A stretch of 56,332 nucleotides of DNA from an uncultured Candidatus Saccharibacteria bacterium (GCA_964440955.1 CAYTTP010000003.1:1-56332); one strand, 5' to 3'. Positions 43,675 to 54,118 are shown, counted from the first letter of the stretch. The notes: generated by a model not told the origin, from the sequence alone. Made by a program: numbers and translations.

Positions 43675-45933
43675 CTATTCAGTTTTCTTTTTGAAACGAC
43701 CGCGACCAAATTTTTTTGGTTCTTTGAATATTTCCAATGCTCTCTCTAAGGATACTGTATAAACATCGTCGGTCTTGAGTGAGCGAAAATCTTTTTGATG
43801 GACGACATATGGTCCAAAACGACCGATGTTTGCGCTTATCATTTCGCCAGTCTCGGTGTGGACTCCAAGCTCGCGAGGCAAGCTCAAATATTTGAGGGCT
43901 TCCTCGAGAGTCACTTCGTTTGGATTTTTGTCTTTCGGGATACTCGCCCTTCGTGGCTTCTCTTTTTTTGTCTTTATTTTTTTACTCTTTTTTTCTGATG
44001 ATTTTTCTTCTATATTTTCAATTTTCAATTTTTCTTTTTCAATTTGGATTCCTCCGAGTTGGACATACGGTCCAAACCTGCCATCCATCACGTAGACTGG
44101 CAGATTGGACACAGGGTCAATACCAATTGCTTCAGCTTCCTTTACTTCAGAGCCATCGATATTTCTCATTCCTTTGCATGTAGGAAAATCCTCGCAAGAG
44201 AGAAACTTACCACCCTTGCCAAGCTTTACTACCATGCCTTTGCCACAGACTGGACATTTTAGTTTTGGATCAGCTTCACCAAGGGTGGTCAGCTTTGCTG
44301 TTTTGTCTTTTTCTTTTACTTCCTTTATAAATGGTTTATAAAATTCTTCGAGAGTAGTTTTGTAGTCGCGCTTGCCGTCGGCGATATCGTCGAGTTCGTT
44401 TTCCATCTCTGCGGTGAAGGTGTCGCTAATATAATTTTCAAAGTTATTCTCAAGAAAAGTTGAAACCACATCACCGGTGTCGGTCGGTTTTAGAGTCCTA
44501 CCGTCTTTTTCGACATAGCCACGCTCAATGATGGTGTTGATTATAGAAGCATAAGTTGAAGGTCGGCCGATACCACGTTTTTCGAGCTCTTTGATAAGCC
44601 CTGCTTCACTGTAACGGTTTGGTGGCTCGGTTTGTTTTTCCTCACTTTTTATATCAAGGAGGTTTAATGGTTCATTTGTCGTGACCTTTGGCAAAATGAC
44701 ATCTTCACCTTTGGCGCGTGGGTCGGCAAGAAGCCAACCTTCTTTGACGACTCGGGAACCATTTGAATGGAAATCGGGGATCTTACTTTGCGAAACGGTG
44801 CTCACTATTTTGGTGCGCATCACGAGTGCATCCACCATCTGGCTTGAAACAGCTCTTTGCCAGATGAGTTTGTAAAGTTTTTTTTGATCTTCGGTACTAC
44901 CTACTTCTTCGCGTTCGAAATGGGTAGGGCGGATCGCTTCGTGGGCCTCTTGGGCATTTTTGGATTTGGTTTTGTAGCCACGGGTTTGTACCATCTCCGC
45001 ACCATATTTTTTGGAGACGATTGTTTGTATTTGACCGATTGCTACTTGAGCCATGTTGAGGCTGTCGGTGCGCATATAGGTAATGTGTCCGGCTTCATAG
45101 AGTTTTTGAGCGGCCATCATGGTGCGCTTTGGTGAAAAGCCGAGTCGAGTCGAGGCTGACTGTTGCAAGGTGGAGGTGCTAAATGGCGGACGAGGGCTAC
45201 GTTTTGCTTCGGTTTCGGTCACTTCTTTCACACTCCACGAACCAGTCTTTACTGCTTCATAAATCTTATCCGCTTCCTCTTTGGTTTTTGGTTCAATTTC
45301 GCAAAAAGCTTGAAATGGGGCTTTGGAATTATTTTCTAAGGTCGCACCAATAACAAAAAAAGTTTCCGGTTTGAAGGCTCGGATTTCGCGTTCGCGCTCC
45401 ATGAGTATTCGGAGGGCGGGTGATTGGACGCGTCCGGCTGAAAGACCATAACGTACCTTTTTCCAGATGAGGCCTGATAGGTCGTAACCAACGAGGCGAT
45501 CGAGGACTCGCCGTGCTTCTTGGGCTTTGCGCAAGTCTTGGTCAATTGCTCGAGGATGCTTCAGAGCTTCTTCAATCGCTTCTTTGGTTATCTCTTGATA
45601 TGTAACTCTTTTAATTTTCGAATCTTCAATCTTCAATTTTTTAATCTCTTCCGCGAGGTGCCAAGCTATCGCTTCGCCTTCACGGTCGGGGTCGGTCGCG
45701 AGGAGTATTTCGTCTGCCTTTTTGGCCAGCCTCCCTATTTCTTCGATCACTCTCTCTTTACCTTTGGAGATTTCGTAGTGGGGGACAAAGCCTGCTTCGA
45801 TATCGATTGCCTTTTTGTTTGACTTTGGTAAGTCACGCACATGACCAACGCTTGCGACTACATTAAAATCACTACCGACATACTTGCCGATAGTTTTGGC
45901 TTTGGCGGGCGACTCGACGATGAGTAATTTCAT
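43675..45933 (-). CDS. topA: DNA topoisomerase I
   Basis: Toprim start MKLLIVESPAKAKTI, the active-site region HITYMRTDS, one CxxC...CxxC zinc ribbon, and C-terminal RFGPYV repeats with a Lys-rich tail. Confidence 0.95.
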   Translation of the reverse strand: MKLLIVESPAKAKTIGKYVGSDFNVVASVGHVRDLPKSNKKAIDIEAGFVPHYEISKGKERVIEEIGRLAKKADEILLATDPDREGEAIAWHLAEEIKKLKIEDSKIKRVTYQEITKEAIEEALKHPRAIDQDLRKAQEARRVLDRLVGYDLSGLIWKKVRYGLSAGRVQSPALRILMEREREIRAFKPETFFVIGATLENNSKAPFQAFCEIEPKTKEEADKIYEAVKTGSWSVKEVTETEAKRSPRPPFSTSTLQQSASTRLGFSPKRTMMAAQKLYEAGHITYMRTDSLNMAQVAIGQIQTIVSKKYGAEMVQTRGYKTKSKNAQEAHEAIRPTHFEREEVGSTEDQKKLYKLIWQRAVSSQMVDALVMRTKIVSTVSQSKIPDFHSNGSRVVKEGWLLADPRAKGEDVILPKVTTNEPLNLLDIKSEEKQTEPPNRYSEAGLIKELEKRGIGRPSTYASIINTIIERGYVEKDGRTLKPTDTGDVVSTFLENNFENYISDTFTAEMENELDDIADGKRDYKTTLEEFYKPFIKEVKEKDKTAKLTTLGEADPKLKCPVCGKGMVVKLGKGGKFLSCEDFPTCKGMRNIDGSEVKEAEAIGIDPVSNLPVYVMDGRFGPYVQLGGIQIEKEKLKIENIEEKSSEKKSKKIKTKKEKPRRASIPKDKNPNEVTLEEALKYLSLPRELGVHTETGEMISANIGRFGPYVVHQKDFRSLKTDDVYTVSLERALEIFKEPKKFGRGRFKKKTE

Positions 45934-46116
45934 AATACGAAGTAACGAATTGATTGCGAATATATACGAATGTATCTAAGAATAAATGGAAAAGGCGGAA
46001 AATGCAAAATCGCACCTCAAACAGACCTCACCCTCGCTCCGCTCTCCTTACAGGAGCTGTACACCTTTCGCATTAGGAAATGCTCAAGGTCTTGCGAAGC
46101 TCCACGCATTCACTTC

Positions 46117-46143
46117 TCACCCTCTCCTAGACTTAGGAGAGGG
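46117..46143. repeat. TCACCC-hairpin intergenic motif, copy 4
   Basis: TCTCAC, then the hairpin CCCTCTCCTA-GACT-TAGGAGAGGG. Confidence 0.45.
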
Positions 46144-46227
46144 AAAGCAAGAACAACAAACAAAAAAGGGCAAGCCCAGTCGCGTCTGACGCGGCTGGGC
46201 TTGGATTGAAAAAGTTTCAGTCCTCGT

Positions 46228-46374
46228 TTAGTGTCGTAGCTTATGACGAAGCTGGATAACAAACAAGAGTAAGATTGTGAGGAAGGCTAGGCCTATCCTA
46301 CCCATGCCGCTTTCGATAGACGGCAGAAGTAGGATGGAACCAAGCAGGGCCGTAACTGAAAGAGTTTTTAGCAT
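46228..46374 (-). CDS. possible 48-aa hydrophobic peptide
   Basis: MLKTLSVTALLGSILLLPSIESGMGRIGLAFLTILLLFVIQLRHKLRH. It is followed on the minus strand by the hairpin AGCCCAGCCGCG-TCAGA-CGCGACTGGGCT plus T6. No clear RBS. Confidence 0.3.
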   Translation of the reverse strand: MLKTLSVTALLGSILLLPSIESGMGRIGLAFLTILLLFVIQLRHKLRH

Positions 46375-46398
46375 GGAGGAACTCTGACAAATAGCATA

Positions 46399-47286
46399 CT
46401 ACACTTTCCGCACTTCTCCAAGGGATTCCTTAATGAGGCTTTTGAGCTCGAGGAGGGAGAGCAGGGTTTGAGCTTCGCCGACGTGGATTGAGTGGTCGGT
46501 CGAGAGCTTTCGGATGATTTCGTCTCGCGGGAGTGGTTCGTTGAGAAGTCGAAGTATTAATATTTCTTTTTCACTGCAATCAAAATATTTATCCTCGTCA
46601 CGCCGTAGCGGGGCGGAGGCGGATTCATCGAGTATACCAAGCGCCTCCAAAATGTCGTCACTGTTTCGAATCGGGGTCGCTCCGAGGCGGATGAGCATCA
46701 AAGGTCCTTCACTGGTTGAATTCCAAACGCTCCCCGGTACAGCAAGTACCTCTCTGTTGTATTCGGTCGCAAACTTGGAAGTGATGAGGGTGCCCGACTT
46801 TTTTTCTGCTTCGATAACAAGGGTTGCGTGTGACATGCCGGCCATGATGCGATTGCGTTGAGGGAAGCTGTATTGGGTCGCTTTGAAGTCTGGTTCAAAT
46901 TCGGAAAGCAGAGTACCACCTTCTTTTACTATTTTTTCAGCAAGCAGTATGTGTGATTGGGGGTGAAGTACTTCTGGTGAAAGCCCGGAGCCGGGGACGG
47001 AAATGGTCGGTAATTTGTTTTTGAGGGCAGAGTTATGAGCAATTGAGTCGATACCAAGTGCCAAACCGGAGACTATTGTCACAGGATTTCCTTTCAAACC
47101 CTCGATCAAACTTTCAGTCACCTCCTTGCCATATTGGGTGTATTTGCGCGCACCGACCACACAAAGAAGTTTGCGACTCCAGTCAGGCACTTGGCCTGCA
47201 AAGTTTAGTTTTAGAGGAGGCTTTGGAATTTCGGAGAGCAGGGGAGGCCAATTGGTGGTGTCGAGATTTTTTATTTCGTAGGCCAT
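46399..47286 (-). CDS. dprA: DNA-processing protein DprA
   Basis: Rossmann-like core VSGLALGIDSIAH...AEKKSGTLITS and a C-terminal winged-helix-like tail. Confidence 0.88.
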   Translation of the reverse strand: MAYEIKNLDTTNWPPLLSEIPKPPLKLNFAGQVPDWSRKLLCVVGARKYTQYGKEVTESLIEGLKGNPVTIVSGLALGIDSIAHNSALKNKLPTISVPGSGLSPEVLHPQSHILLAEKIVKEGGTLLSEFEPDFKATQYSFPQRNRIMAGMSHATLVIEAEKKSGTLITSKFATEYNREVLAVPGSVWNSTSEGPLMLIRLGATPIRNSDDILEALGILDESASAPLRRDEDKYFDCSEKEILILRLLNEPLPRDEIIRKLSTDHSIHVGEAQTLLSLLELKSLIKESLGEVRKV

Positions 47287-47404
47287 ATGGGTTTAGGTTT
47301 CCAAATATTATAACATCTGTTAATATTTGAATCATGAAGTACGAATCATGAATTATGCAAATTGTGCCCATAATTTATGACTCATAATTCAATATTCATC
47401 CACC

Positions 47405-48676
47405 ATGCTTGATATCAAATTTATCCGTGAAAATGCAGATCTTATAAATGAAGGTGCTAAAAAGAAACACATCGATTTTGATGTGAAGGCTCTTATTGAA
47501 GTTGATGATGCTCGTCGGGAACTCTCTAAATCAATAGAAGAAAAAAGAGCTCTTCAAAATATTGTTAGCACTCAAATACCAAATGCTTCAGAAGAAGAAA
47601 AGAAGGCTCTCATCGAAGATATGCAACCAATAAAGGAGTCTCTCCAAAAATTGGAAGAAGAATATAAAAACGTGATGACTGCTTGGCAGAAGCTTATGGT
47701 CTCGGTGCCAAATATCCCCGATGTCTCGGTGCCAGATGGTGAGGACGATAGTGGTAATGTAGAAATAAAAAAGTGGGGAGAGATAAAACAATTTAATTTT
47801 AAACCCAAAGACCATATTGAGTTGATGGAAAGTTTGGATTTGGCTGATTTTGAAATGGGTGCCAAAGTCTCTGGTTTTAGAGGGTATTTTTTGAAAAATA
47901 CTGGTGCGGAACTTGCTTTTGCTGTTTGGAGCCTTACTCTCGATTTGTTTAGAAAAAACCACCCAGAATACGGTTTGATGTTTGTACCATCGCTCGTGCG
48001 TCGCGAGACTCTTATGGGTACAGGTTATTTGCCACAAGGGGAGGACGACATGTATAAAACCCAAGACGATGACTACCTTGCTGGGACGGCTGAAGTGGCG
48101 ACTATGAGCTACTTTGCCGATACTGTATTGGAAAAGAACTCTTTGCCGATGAAGAAACTTGCTTTTTCACCGGCTTTTCGTAGAGAAGCGGGGAGTCACA
48201 ATAAAGATGTAAAAGGACTTTATAGAGTCCATGAGTTTATGAAGCTTGAGCAGGTGATCTTGTGCGAAGCTTCTCATGAAGAATCAGTAAAATATCATGA
48301 GGAACTTCTTTTAAATGCAGAAGAAATATTACAAGCCTTAAAATTGCCATATCATGTGGTGGTGAATTGTGGTGGCGACTTGGGGCTTGGCCAAGTCAAA
48401 AAATATGATGTTGAAACTTGGATGCCTTCAAAAGAAAAATATGGTGAGACCCACTCATGCTCTTACTTTCATGATTTTCAAACACGTCGACTCAATATTC
48501 GCTATCGTGACACCGATGGCAAGTTGAAATATGCTCACTCTTTAAACAATACAGCTGCAGCTACTCCCCGCCTCCTTATTCAAATAGTTGAAAACTATCA
48601 AAACGAAGACGGTTCGATAACTATTCCAGAAGTTTTGCGACAGTACATGGGAGGAAAAGAAAAAATCACGCTATAA
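47405..48676 (+). CDS. serS: seryl-tRNA synthetase
   Basis: N-terminal coiled-coil arm and class II motifs (FRREAGS, GETHSCS, NNTAAATPR). Confidence 0.95.
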   Translation: MLDIKFIRENADLINEGAKKKHIDFDVKALIEVDDARRELSKSIEEKRALQNIVSTQIPNASEEEKKALIEDMQPIKESLQKLEEEYKNVMTAWQKLMVSVPNIPDVSVPDGEDDSGNVEIKKWGEIKQFNFKPKDHIELMESLDLADFEMGAKVSGFRGYFLKNTGAELAFAVWSLTLDLFRKNHPEYGLMFVPSLVRRETLMGTGYLPQGEDDMYKTQDDDYLAGTAEVATMSYFADTVLEKNSLPMKKLAFSPAFRREAGSHNKDVKGLYRVHEFMKLEQVILCEASHEESVKYHEELLLNAEEILQALKLPYHVVVNCGGDLGLGQVKKYDVETWMPSKEKYGETHSCSYFHDFQTRRLNIRYRDTDGKLKYAHSLNNTAAATPRLLIQIVENYQNEDGSITIPEVLRQYMGGKEKITL

Positions 48677-48684
48677 TAGTTTGC

Positions 48685-49476
48685 ATGCAGGAAAAGCGCT
48701 TTCAAGAAAGGGCGTCAAGCCGGATAGCTTCGCGCAATAAATTTCGCCACCAGATGCTTGTCGGCTTCAGGATTTTTTTGTTGCTCTGTTTTATTTCGTT
48801 TTTGATATTTTTTTTGAGAACTGAAAAACTGCAAATCCAAAATGTTGAGGTTTTTGGAGTAGTGGAAAGCGAAGCTCGGGAGGTGCGTTTGGCGGCGCTC
48901 GCGTTTTTGGCCAAACCAAAACTAGCCATTGTGCCGGGTACTCATACTCTTTTTATAAATGAAGACGCACTTGCAAAATATCTCAAGCAAAAATCCCAAT
49001 CGATCGAGCAACTAGAAGTCAGTACCGAAATTTGGAATCGAAAAGTTCAAATTTCTTTACTTGAATACTCGGCTGATTTTTTGTGGTGCCGAGGTGAAGC
49101 CGAGTGTTTCAATATGACAAAAGATGGTTTGGTTTTTGAGAGGTCGTCTGAAAGTGGGGGCAAGCTGATTTTTAAAGGTTTGTTGGAAGGAGAACCTGTT
49201 TCCCAAAAATTTGCTACTCCGGAGCGTATGCGAGAGTTTGCTGAAATAGCTACGCTTCTTGCTTCGAAAAATATGAGCGTTTCCTTAATTGAAATTGTTT
49301 CTTTACATAAGGGAGTCATGAAAACTTTAGGGTGTGACATTGTCTTTGATCCAGAAGGAAAGATCGTTGAACAAGTCAAAAATGCTATTACTGTGATTGA
49401 AGACCTTGCCTTGCACGGCGAGGCAGATGTGGAGTATGTGGATGCAAGATTTGGTAACAAAGTTTTTTACAAGTGA
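48685..49476 (+). CDS. FtsQ/DivIB-like membrane protein (POTRA-like), tentative
   Basis: Basic N-terminus, one TM helix, then LQIQNVEVFGV..., which is typical of a POTRA start. Confidence 0.4.
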   Translation: MQEKRFQERASSRIASRNKFRHQMLVGFRIFLLLCFISFLIFFLRTEKLQIQNVEVFGVVESEAREVRLAALAFLAKPKLAIVPGTHTLFINEDALAKYLKQKSQSIEQLEVSTEIWNRKVQISLLEYSADFLWCRGEAECFNMTKDGLVFERSSESGGKLIFKGLLEGEPVSQKFATPERMREFAEIATLLASKNMSVSLIEIVSLHKGVMKTLGCDIVFDPEGKIVEQVKNAITVIEDLALHGEADVEYVDARFGNKVFYK

Positions 49477-49488
49477 TATAATTTTTAA

Positions 49489-49890
49489 ATGAGCTCAACT
49501 TATCATACCGAGTCTTATTTGGTTGCTTATCTGCACTTTCATTATGGTCGAGGTCTACGTGAACTTTTGGGAGTGGCTCAAAATTTACTCTGGTTCATTC
49601 TTCACTTCTTTTCGATAAAACTTTTGTTCCGGACACTTTTTGCGCCGTGGCATCGTTTGGGTGAAGCTTATGGCTCCATTATCAACTTTGAAGCTTTCTT
49701 TTCTGTTTTTATTGTGAATATATTGATGAGGTTGGTTGGTTTTGTGACTAGAAGTGTGGTTATTGTGATGGGCTTGATCGCTTATGTTGTCACCTTTGTT
49801 GGTTCGGTAGCGATGTTTTTGGTTTGGGTTTTTGCTCCGATTTTGTTTGTTGGGATGCTTGTTTTGTCGATAACTTTTTTTGCCATATAA
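49489..49890 (+). CDS. hypothetical membrane protein
   Basis: 133 aa with three hydrophobic helices. Confidence 0.45.
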   Translation: MSSTYHTESYLVAYLHFHYGRGLRELLGVAQNLLWFILHFFSIKLLFRTLFAPWHRLGEAYGSIINFEAFFSVFIVNILMRLVGFVTRSVVIVMGLIAYVVTFVGSVAMFLVWVFAPILFVGMLVLSITFFAI

Positions 49891-49893
49891 AAC

Positions 49894-52311
49894 ATGACTT
49901 TCAAACACTTGCAGGAAATTTCGGTCCCTCATTTCTACGCTCTTGCGATTGATCGTTTTTTGCCAGAGAGGGTGAGGTTATTTTTGCGATATCTAGCTCT
50001 TGTGACCGCAGCTGTTTCTTTTGCTTCTTCGTTTGGCTCTCTCCCTCTATATTTTGGTTATGGTGATGCGATTTTCTTTTTGAGTATTTCTATTTATCTT
50101 TTGCTTTCCTGTCTTGAGTTTTTTTATCGTTCCAGCAAAAACGAAGGTATAGGTCGGATGCGGATAATAGAAAATATCGCGGGCGGCCCAGAGATAGATT
50201 ATAGTCTTTCTTCTATTATTTTTGCCACTGACGAGATAGATGCGACTCGCGCTATTTTTGAAACAAAAGTTGGCAAGGAGGTGCTTTTGCGAAGCGGACT
50301 CTCTCTTGAAATGATCCAAAAATTTATCCATTCGGATCGACATCCCATCATTTCCTCTTCACTTTCGTATGGTGATGGTGAAGTAGTTGGTTTTGTATCG
50401 TATCTTGAAACTATCTACGAAGCCGACGAAAGCTTCCGTTCTTTTTTGTCGAGGTATGCAGTCACTCGAGAAGATTTTTTGGGAGCGGCCGCTTGGGTTG
50501 GTCATAAAGAAGCCAAAAAGAGAAGGGAAAATCGTTTTTGGAGCAGGGAAAATTTGGGAGCTATCCCCTCGATTGGTACGAGTTGGGCTTATGGTATGCC
50601 CTATGATTTAAACGAATATGGCCGACCTTTCAATGACGCCCTGCTTGTGCCGATAGATCTTGAAAATGGTTATCGTCAAAAAGAAGTAGAAACTTTGGAA
50701 GGTGTGCTGACGCGAGTGAGCGAAGCAAATGCGATAATAATAGATGACGACGAGAGTGTGGTTCGGGATATTTTGGCGCGCTTTGTCAAAAACATAAAGC
50801 TCGGCACCATCATGCCAGCTCTCGAACACAAACAACTTATTGAGCTTGATTGGCAGTCGCTTGTTTCTAATTTTAAAGACAAATCAGCTTTCGAAAACCA
50901 ATTTATGAAAATAATGCAGGAGTCGGCTCTTGCTGGCAATGTTTTGCTTTATATTCCCGACTTGTCTGGATTTATTTCTAGATTAAAAAATGCGGGCATC
51001 AATCTGTCTTCACTTATTTCGCCATACCTTGCTTCTTCAAGACTTCATATTATCACTCACGCAACGACAGCCGACTTTCATTTTTTTATTGAAACGAGTA
51101 GCGCTTTGCTTGGCAGGTTTGAGCGTATCATTCCTGAGCCGGCAGGCGCTCCGGCTACTACTTCTGTTTTGCTTGAGCAATCAACTATTTTGGAAGAGAG
51201 ATACCAGATTATTTTTTCGTATCCTTCACTTGTTTCGCTTGTTGAAGCGGCGGAGCGGTTTGTTACCTATGGAGAGATGCCGGGCAAGGCTTTGGATTTG
51301 ATTTATGAGATTGCGCCTTGGGCAGCTGAAAAAGGAGACGATATAGTTTCTAAACAAGATGTTGCTGTTTTTGTTTCAGGCAAGACAGGTATCAAAACAG
51401 GCGAAATACAAGCTGATGAGATGGAGCGGATCGAGCATCTCTCGGAGGCTTTGCACAAGCGAGTAGTCGGTCAAAACGAAGCGGTAGAGGCGGTGGTTGG
51501 TGCTATTCGTCGTTCGCGTTCGGGGATAGGCAATCCAAAGCGTCCAATTGCCTCCTTTTTGTTTTTGGGTCCGACCGGAGTGGGCAAAACCGAAGTATCA
51601 AAGGCGCTTGCTGAGAGTTTTTTTGGTGATGAACATAAGATGATTCGTTTTGATATGTCAGAGTACGATGCACCCGACGCTCTACCTCGCCTTATTGGCA
51701 ATTTTGCGGAAAACAAAAAAGGCATACTCGCGAGCAAGGTTCGCGACAATCCATACAGTGTTCTCTTGCTCGATGAGTTTGAAAAAGCTTCGCCAGATGT
51801 ACTCGATTTGTTTTTGCAGGTACTCGACGAGGGAGTTTTTAGTGATGCGGAAGGTAAACCGGTTGGTTGTCGAAACTTGATTATTATTGCAACCTCAAAT
51901 GCTGGAGCGGAATATATTTGGGAAAAAGCAAAAACTGGAAGTTTGGTAGCAGCGAAGGACGAGATTGTGGACAATATAGTTAAAGACCATGTGTTTAAAC
52001 CAGAACTTCTAAACCGTTTTGATGGTGTTATTTTATTTCATCCGCTTGAAAAGACTGATCTCGAACATGTGACTCGTATTGGCTTGGAAAAATTGGTCTC
52101 TCGTCTCAAAGAAAAAAATATTGAATTTGTCGTTTCTGATTTTTTGGTTAAACATGTAGCGGCAAAAGGTGAGGATCCAAAGTTTGGTGGGCGGGCGATC
52201 AATCGCGCTATTCAAAGCGAGGTGGAGGATGTGGTTGCGCGAAAAATAGTGAGTGGGGAGGTGAAGCCGGGTTCTAAATTGGAGCTTACTCAAGCTGATT
52301 TCAATAGTTGA
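49894..52311 (+). CDS. membrane-anchored Clp/Hsp100-family AAA+ protein with degenerate first nucleotide-binding domain
   Basis: N-terminal TM helices. The region collinear with ClpB NBD1 lacks Walker A (AIIIDDDESVVRD where ClpB has [11 protein letters not shown]) and Walker B (LLYIPDLSG). NBD2 is intact ([17 protein letters not shown]). Confidence 0.8.
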   Translation: MTFKHLQEISVPHFYALAIDRFLPERVRLFLRYLALVTAAVSFASSFGSLPLYFGYGDAIFFLSISIYLLLSCLEFFYRSSKNEGIGRMRIIENIAGGPEIDYSLSSIIFATDEIDATRAIFETKVGKEVLLRSGLSLEMIQKFIHSDRHPIISSSLSYGDGEVVGFVSYLETIYEADESFRSFLSRYAVTREDFLGAAAWVGHKEAKKRRENRFWSRENLGAIPSIGTSWAYGMPYDLNEYGRPFNDALLVPIDLENGYRQKEVETLEGVLTRVSEANAIIIDDDESVVRDILARFVKNIKLGTIMPALEHKQLIELDWQSLVSNFKDKSAFENQFMKIMQESALAGNVLLYIPDLSGFISRLKNAGINLSSLISPYLASSRLHIITHATTADFHFFIETSSALLGRFERIIPEPAGAPATTSVLLEQSTILEERYQIIFSYPSLVSLVEAAERFVTYGEMPGKALDLIYEIAPWAAEKGDDIVSKQDVAVFVSGKTGIKTGEIQADEMERIEHLSEALHKRVVGQNEAVEAVVGAIRRSRSGIGNPKRPIASFLFLGPTGVGKTEVSKALAESFFGDEHKMIRFDMSEYDAPDALPRLIGNFAENKKGILASKVRDNPYSVLLLDEFEKASPDVLDLFLQVLDEGVFSDAEGKPVGCRNLIIIATSNAGAEYIWEKAKTGSLVAAKDEIVDNIVKDHVFKPELLNRFDGVILFHPLEKTDLEHVTRIGLEKLVSRLKEKNIEFVVSDFLVKHVAAKGEDPKFGGRAINRAIQSEVEDVVARKIVSGEVKPGSKLELTQADFNS

Positions 52312-52331
52312 TTTTGTGTTAGGATGGAGGC

Positions 52332-53357
52332 ATGAATTTTTGGAATAAAATGGAAAAGCCGATCCTATGCCTTGCACCAATGGCCGATGTTACCGATGCT
52401 AGTTTTCGTCGTGTTATTTCCAAATGTTCAAAGATTGAAGGCAGTGTGCCTTTTGTCACCTGGACAGAGTTTGTCTCAGCGGATGGTTTGGTGCTTGCAC
52501 CCGAAAAAGGCAAGCAAAAGCTTTTAAAAGATTTGGAGTATGATGAAAGCGAGCGCCCAATAGTTGCCCAACTTTTTTCGGGTCGTCCAGAGATGATGGA
52601 AAAGGCTGCCTACTTGGTCGCCTCTTTGGGTTTCGATGGACTTGATATCAATATGGGCTGTCCGGACAAAAGTGTTGAAAAGCAAGGTGCTGGTGCTGCT
52701 CTTATCAAAAATCCCAATTTGGCTCGCGAAATTATTAAAGCAGCGAAGCGTGGAGTGGAAAGGTTTGCTGAAGAAAAAGGTCTTGAGGAGGCAATACCAG
52801 TATCGGTCAAAACTCGCCTCGGCTACAATCAAGACGAGCTAGAGACTTGGTTGCCGGAACTTTTGGCAGAGCAACCAGCGGCTATCACCATTCATGCGCG
52901 AACTAGAAAAGAAATGTCAAAGGTGCCTGCGCGATGGGAGAGGGTGAAGAGGGCGGTCGAGATAAGAGGAGGAGCCGAAAAGACACTTATCTTTGGCAAT
53001 GGTGATGTTGAAAATATCGATGAGGCGCTAAAGTTAGCAAAAGAAACAGGTTGTGATGGTGTGATGTTGGGGAGAGCAATCTTTGGCAATCCTTATATTT
53101 TTTCGAAGCACGAACCAACTTTTGAAGAGCAGCTTGTAGCACTTCTTGAACACACCAAGACTTTTGATACAGTATTGGGTGGGATAAAAAATTTTGCACT
53201 AATGAAAAAACATTTCAAATCATACCTTTCTTTGGGTACGAGACCTCATACACCAGAAATAGACAAAAGAGTCATAGCTTTAAAAGACGCTCTTCTTGAG
53301 GCTAAGGATGCCGGGGGAGTTATCACCATCATTTCAAATTTTTTGTCGTATAATTAG
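52332..53357 (+). CDS. tRNA-dihydrouridine synthase
   Basis: LAPMADVTD and DINMGCP motifs in a TIM-barrel Dus family pattern. Confidence 0.88.
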   Translation: MNFWNKMEKPILCLAPMADVTDASFRRVISKCSKIEGSVPFVTWTEFVSADGLVLAPEKGKQKLLKDLEYDESERPIVAQLFSGRPEMMEKAAYLVASLGFDGLDINMGCPDKSVEKQGAGAALIKNPNLAREIIKAAKRGVERFAEEKGLEEAIPVSVKTRLGYNQDELETWLPELLAEQPAAITIHARTRKEMSKVPARWERVKRAVEIRGGAEKTLIFGNGDVENIDEALKLAKETGCDGVMLGRAIFGNPYIFSKHEPTFEEQLVALLEHTKTFDTVLGGIKNFALMKKHFKSYLSLGTRPHTPEIDKRVIALKDALLEAKDAGGVITIISNFLSYN

Positions 53358-53360
53358 TAA

Positions 53361-53582
53361 ATGGAATTCTTAAACAAATTATTCAATATTTCGATAACTG
53401 GCGAATCAGTCGCTGACCTTATCTTTTTCTTTGTTTCTGCTTTTTCTCTGATCCTTACATTCATTTTGTTTTTTCATTGGCGGCGCTACGGTATTGGGAG
53501 GATCGGTATTTCGATCGCAGAAATAATTTATTTGGTCGGTTCGGCTGGTTTGATTATGTTTGTCTTTTTACAATTACCTTAA
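53361..53582 (+). CDS. hypothetical small membrane protein
   Basis: 73 aa with two hydrophobic helices. Confidence 0.4.
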   Translation: MEFLNKLFNISITGESVADLIFFFVSAFSLILTFILFFHWRRYGIGRIGISIAEIIYLVGSAGLIMFVFLQLP

Positions 53583-53586
53583 ATAA

Positions 53587-54118
53587 ATGGTCAACTTTGA
53601 ACCTGGAGAGGAAGTGATGCTTGTCGTACGTAGGCACTATTTTGTTCTTCTGCCTTTTGTCTTGGCGCTTATCTTGCTTGCAGTATTACCGCTTTTTTTT
53701 GAAAACTTTTTTCACTAGCCAATTTTTGGCACTTGATCCAAGTTTGATCGGAGGCTTTTTGAGTTTTATTGATGAATGGGGAGGGTTTGCTTACTCCGTT
53801 TGGTTTTTTATTTTATGGATGATTTTTTTCATTGAGTGGACCGACTACTATTTGGATTTTTGGGTTATCACAAATCGGCGCATTGTTGATGCCGAACAGA
53901 TAGGGTTTTTCAGGAGGCAGGTGGTGAGTTTGGGTTACGAACAAATTCAAGACATCACAGTCGAGACTAAAGGCTTCATTCGCACTATCTTCAATTTTGG
54001 GACGCTTCATATTCAAACTGCCGGTGAACGTAATGATATAGTGATCAGTGACGCTCATTTTCCCGAGGATGCTAGATCTTTGATTTTGAAACTCCAAGAG
54101 CAATCCAAAGCCAGATAG
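53587..54118 (+). pseudogene. bPH2 (YdbT-like, DUF304) membrane protein with a frameshift at a T-run
   Basis: Frame 1 (ATG 53587) gives MVNFEPGEEVMLVVRRHYFVLLPFVLALILLAVLPLFFENFFH, then TAG 53716. Removing one T from T6 (53707-53712) joins it to ...TSQFLALDP...LDFWVITNRRIV...GTLHIQTAG (track ORF 53621-54118). Confidence 0.6.
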
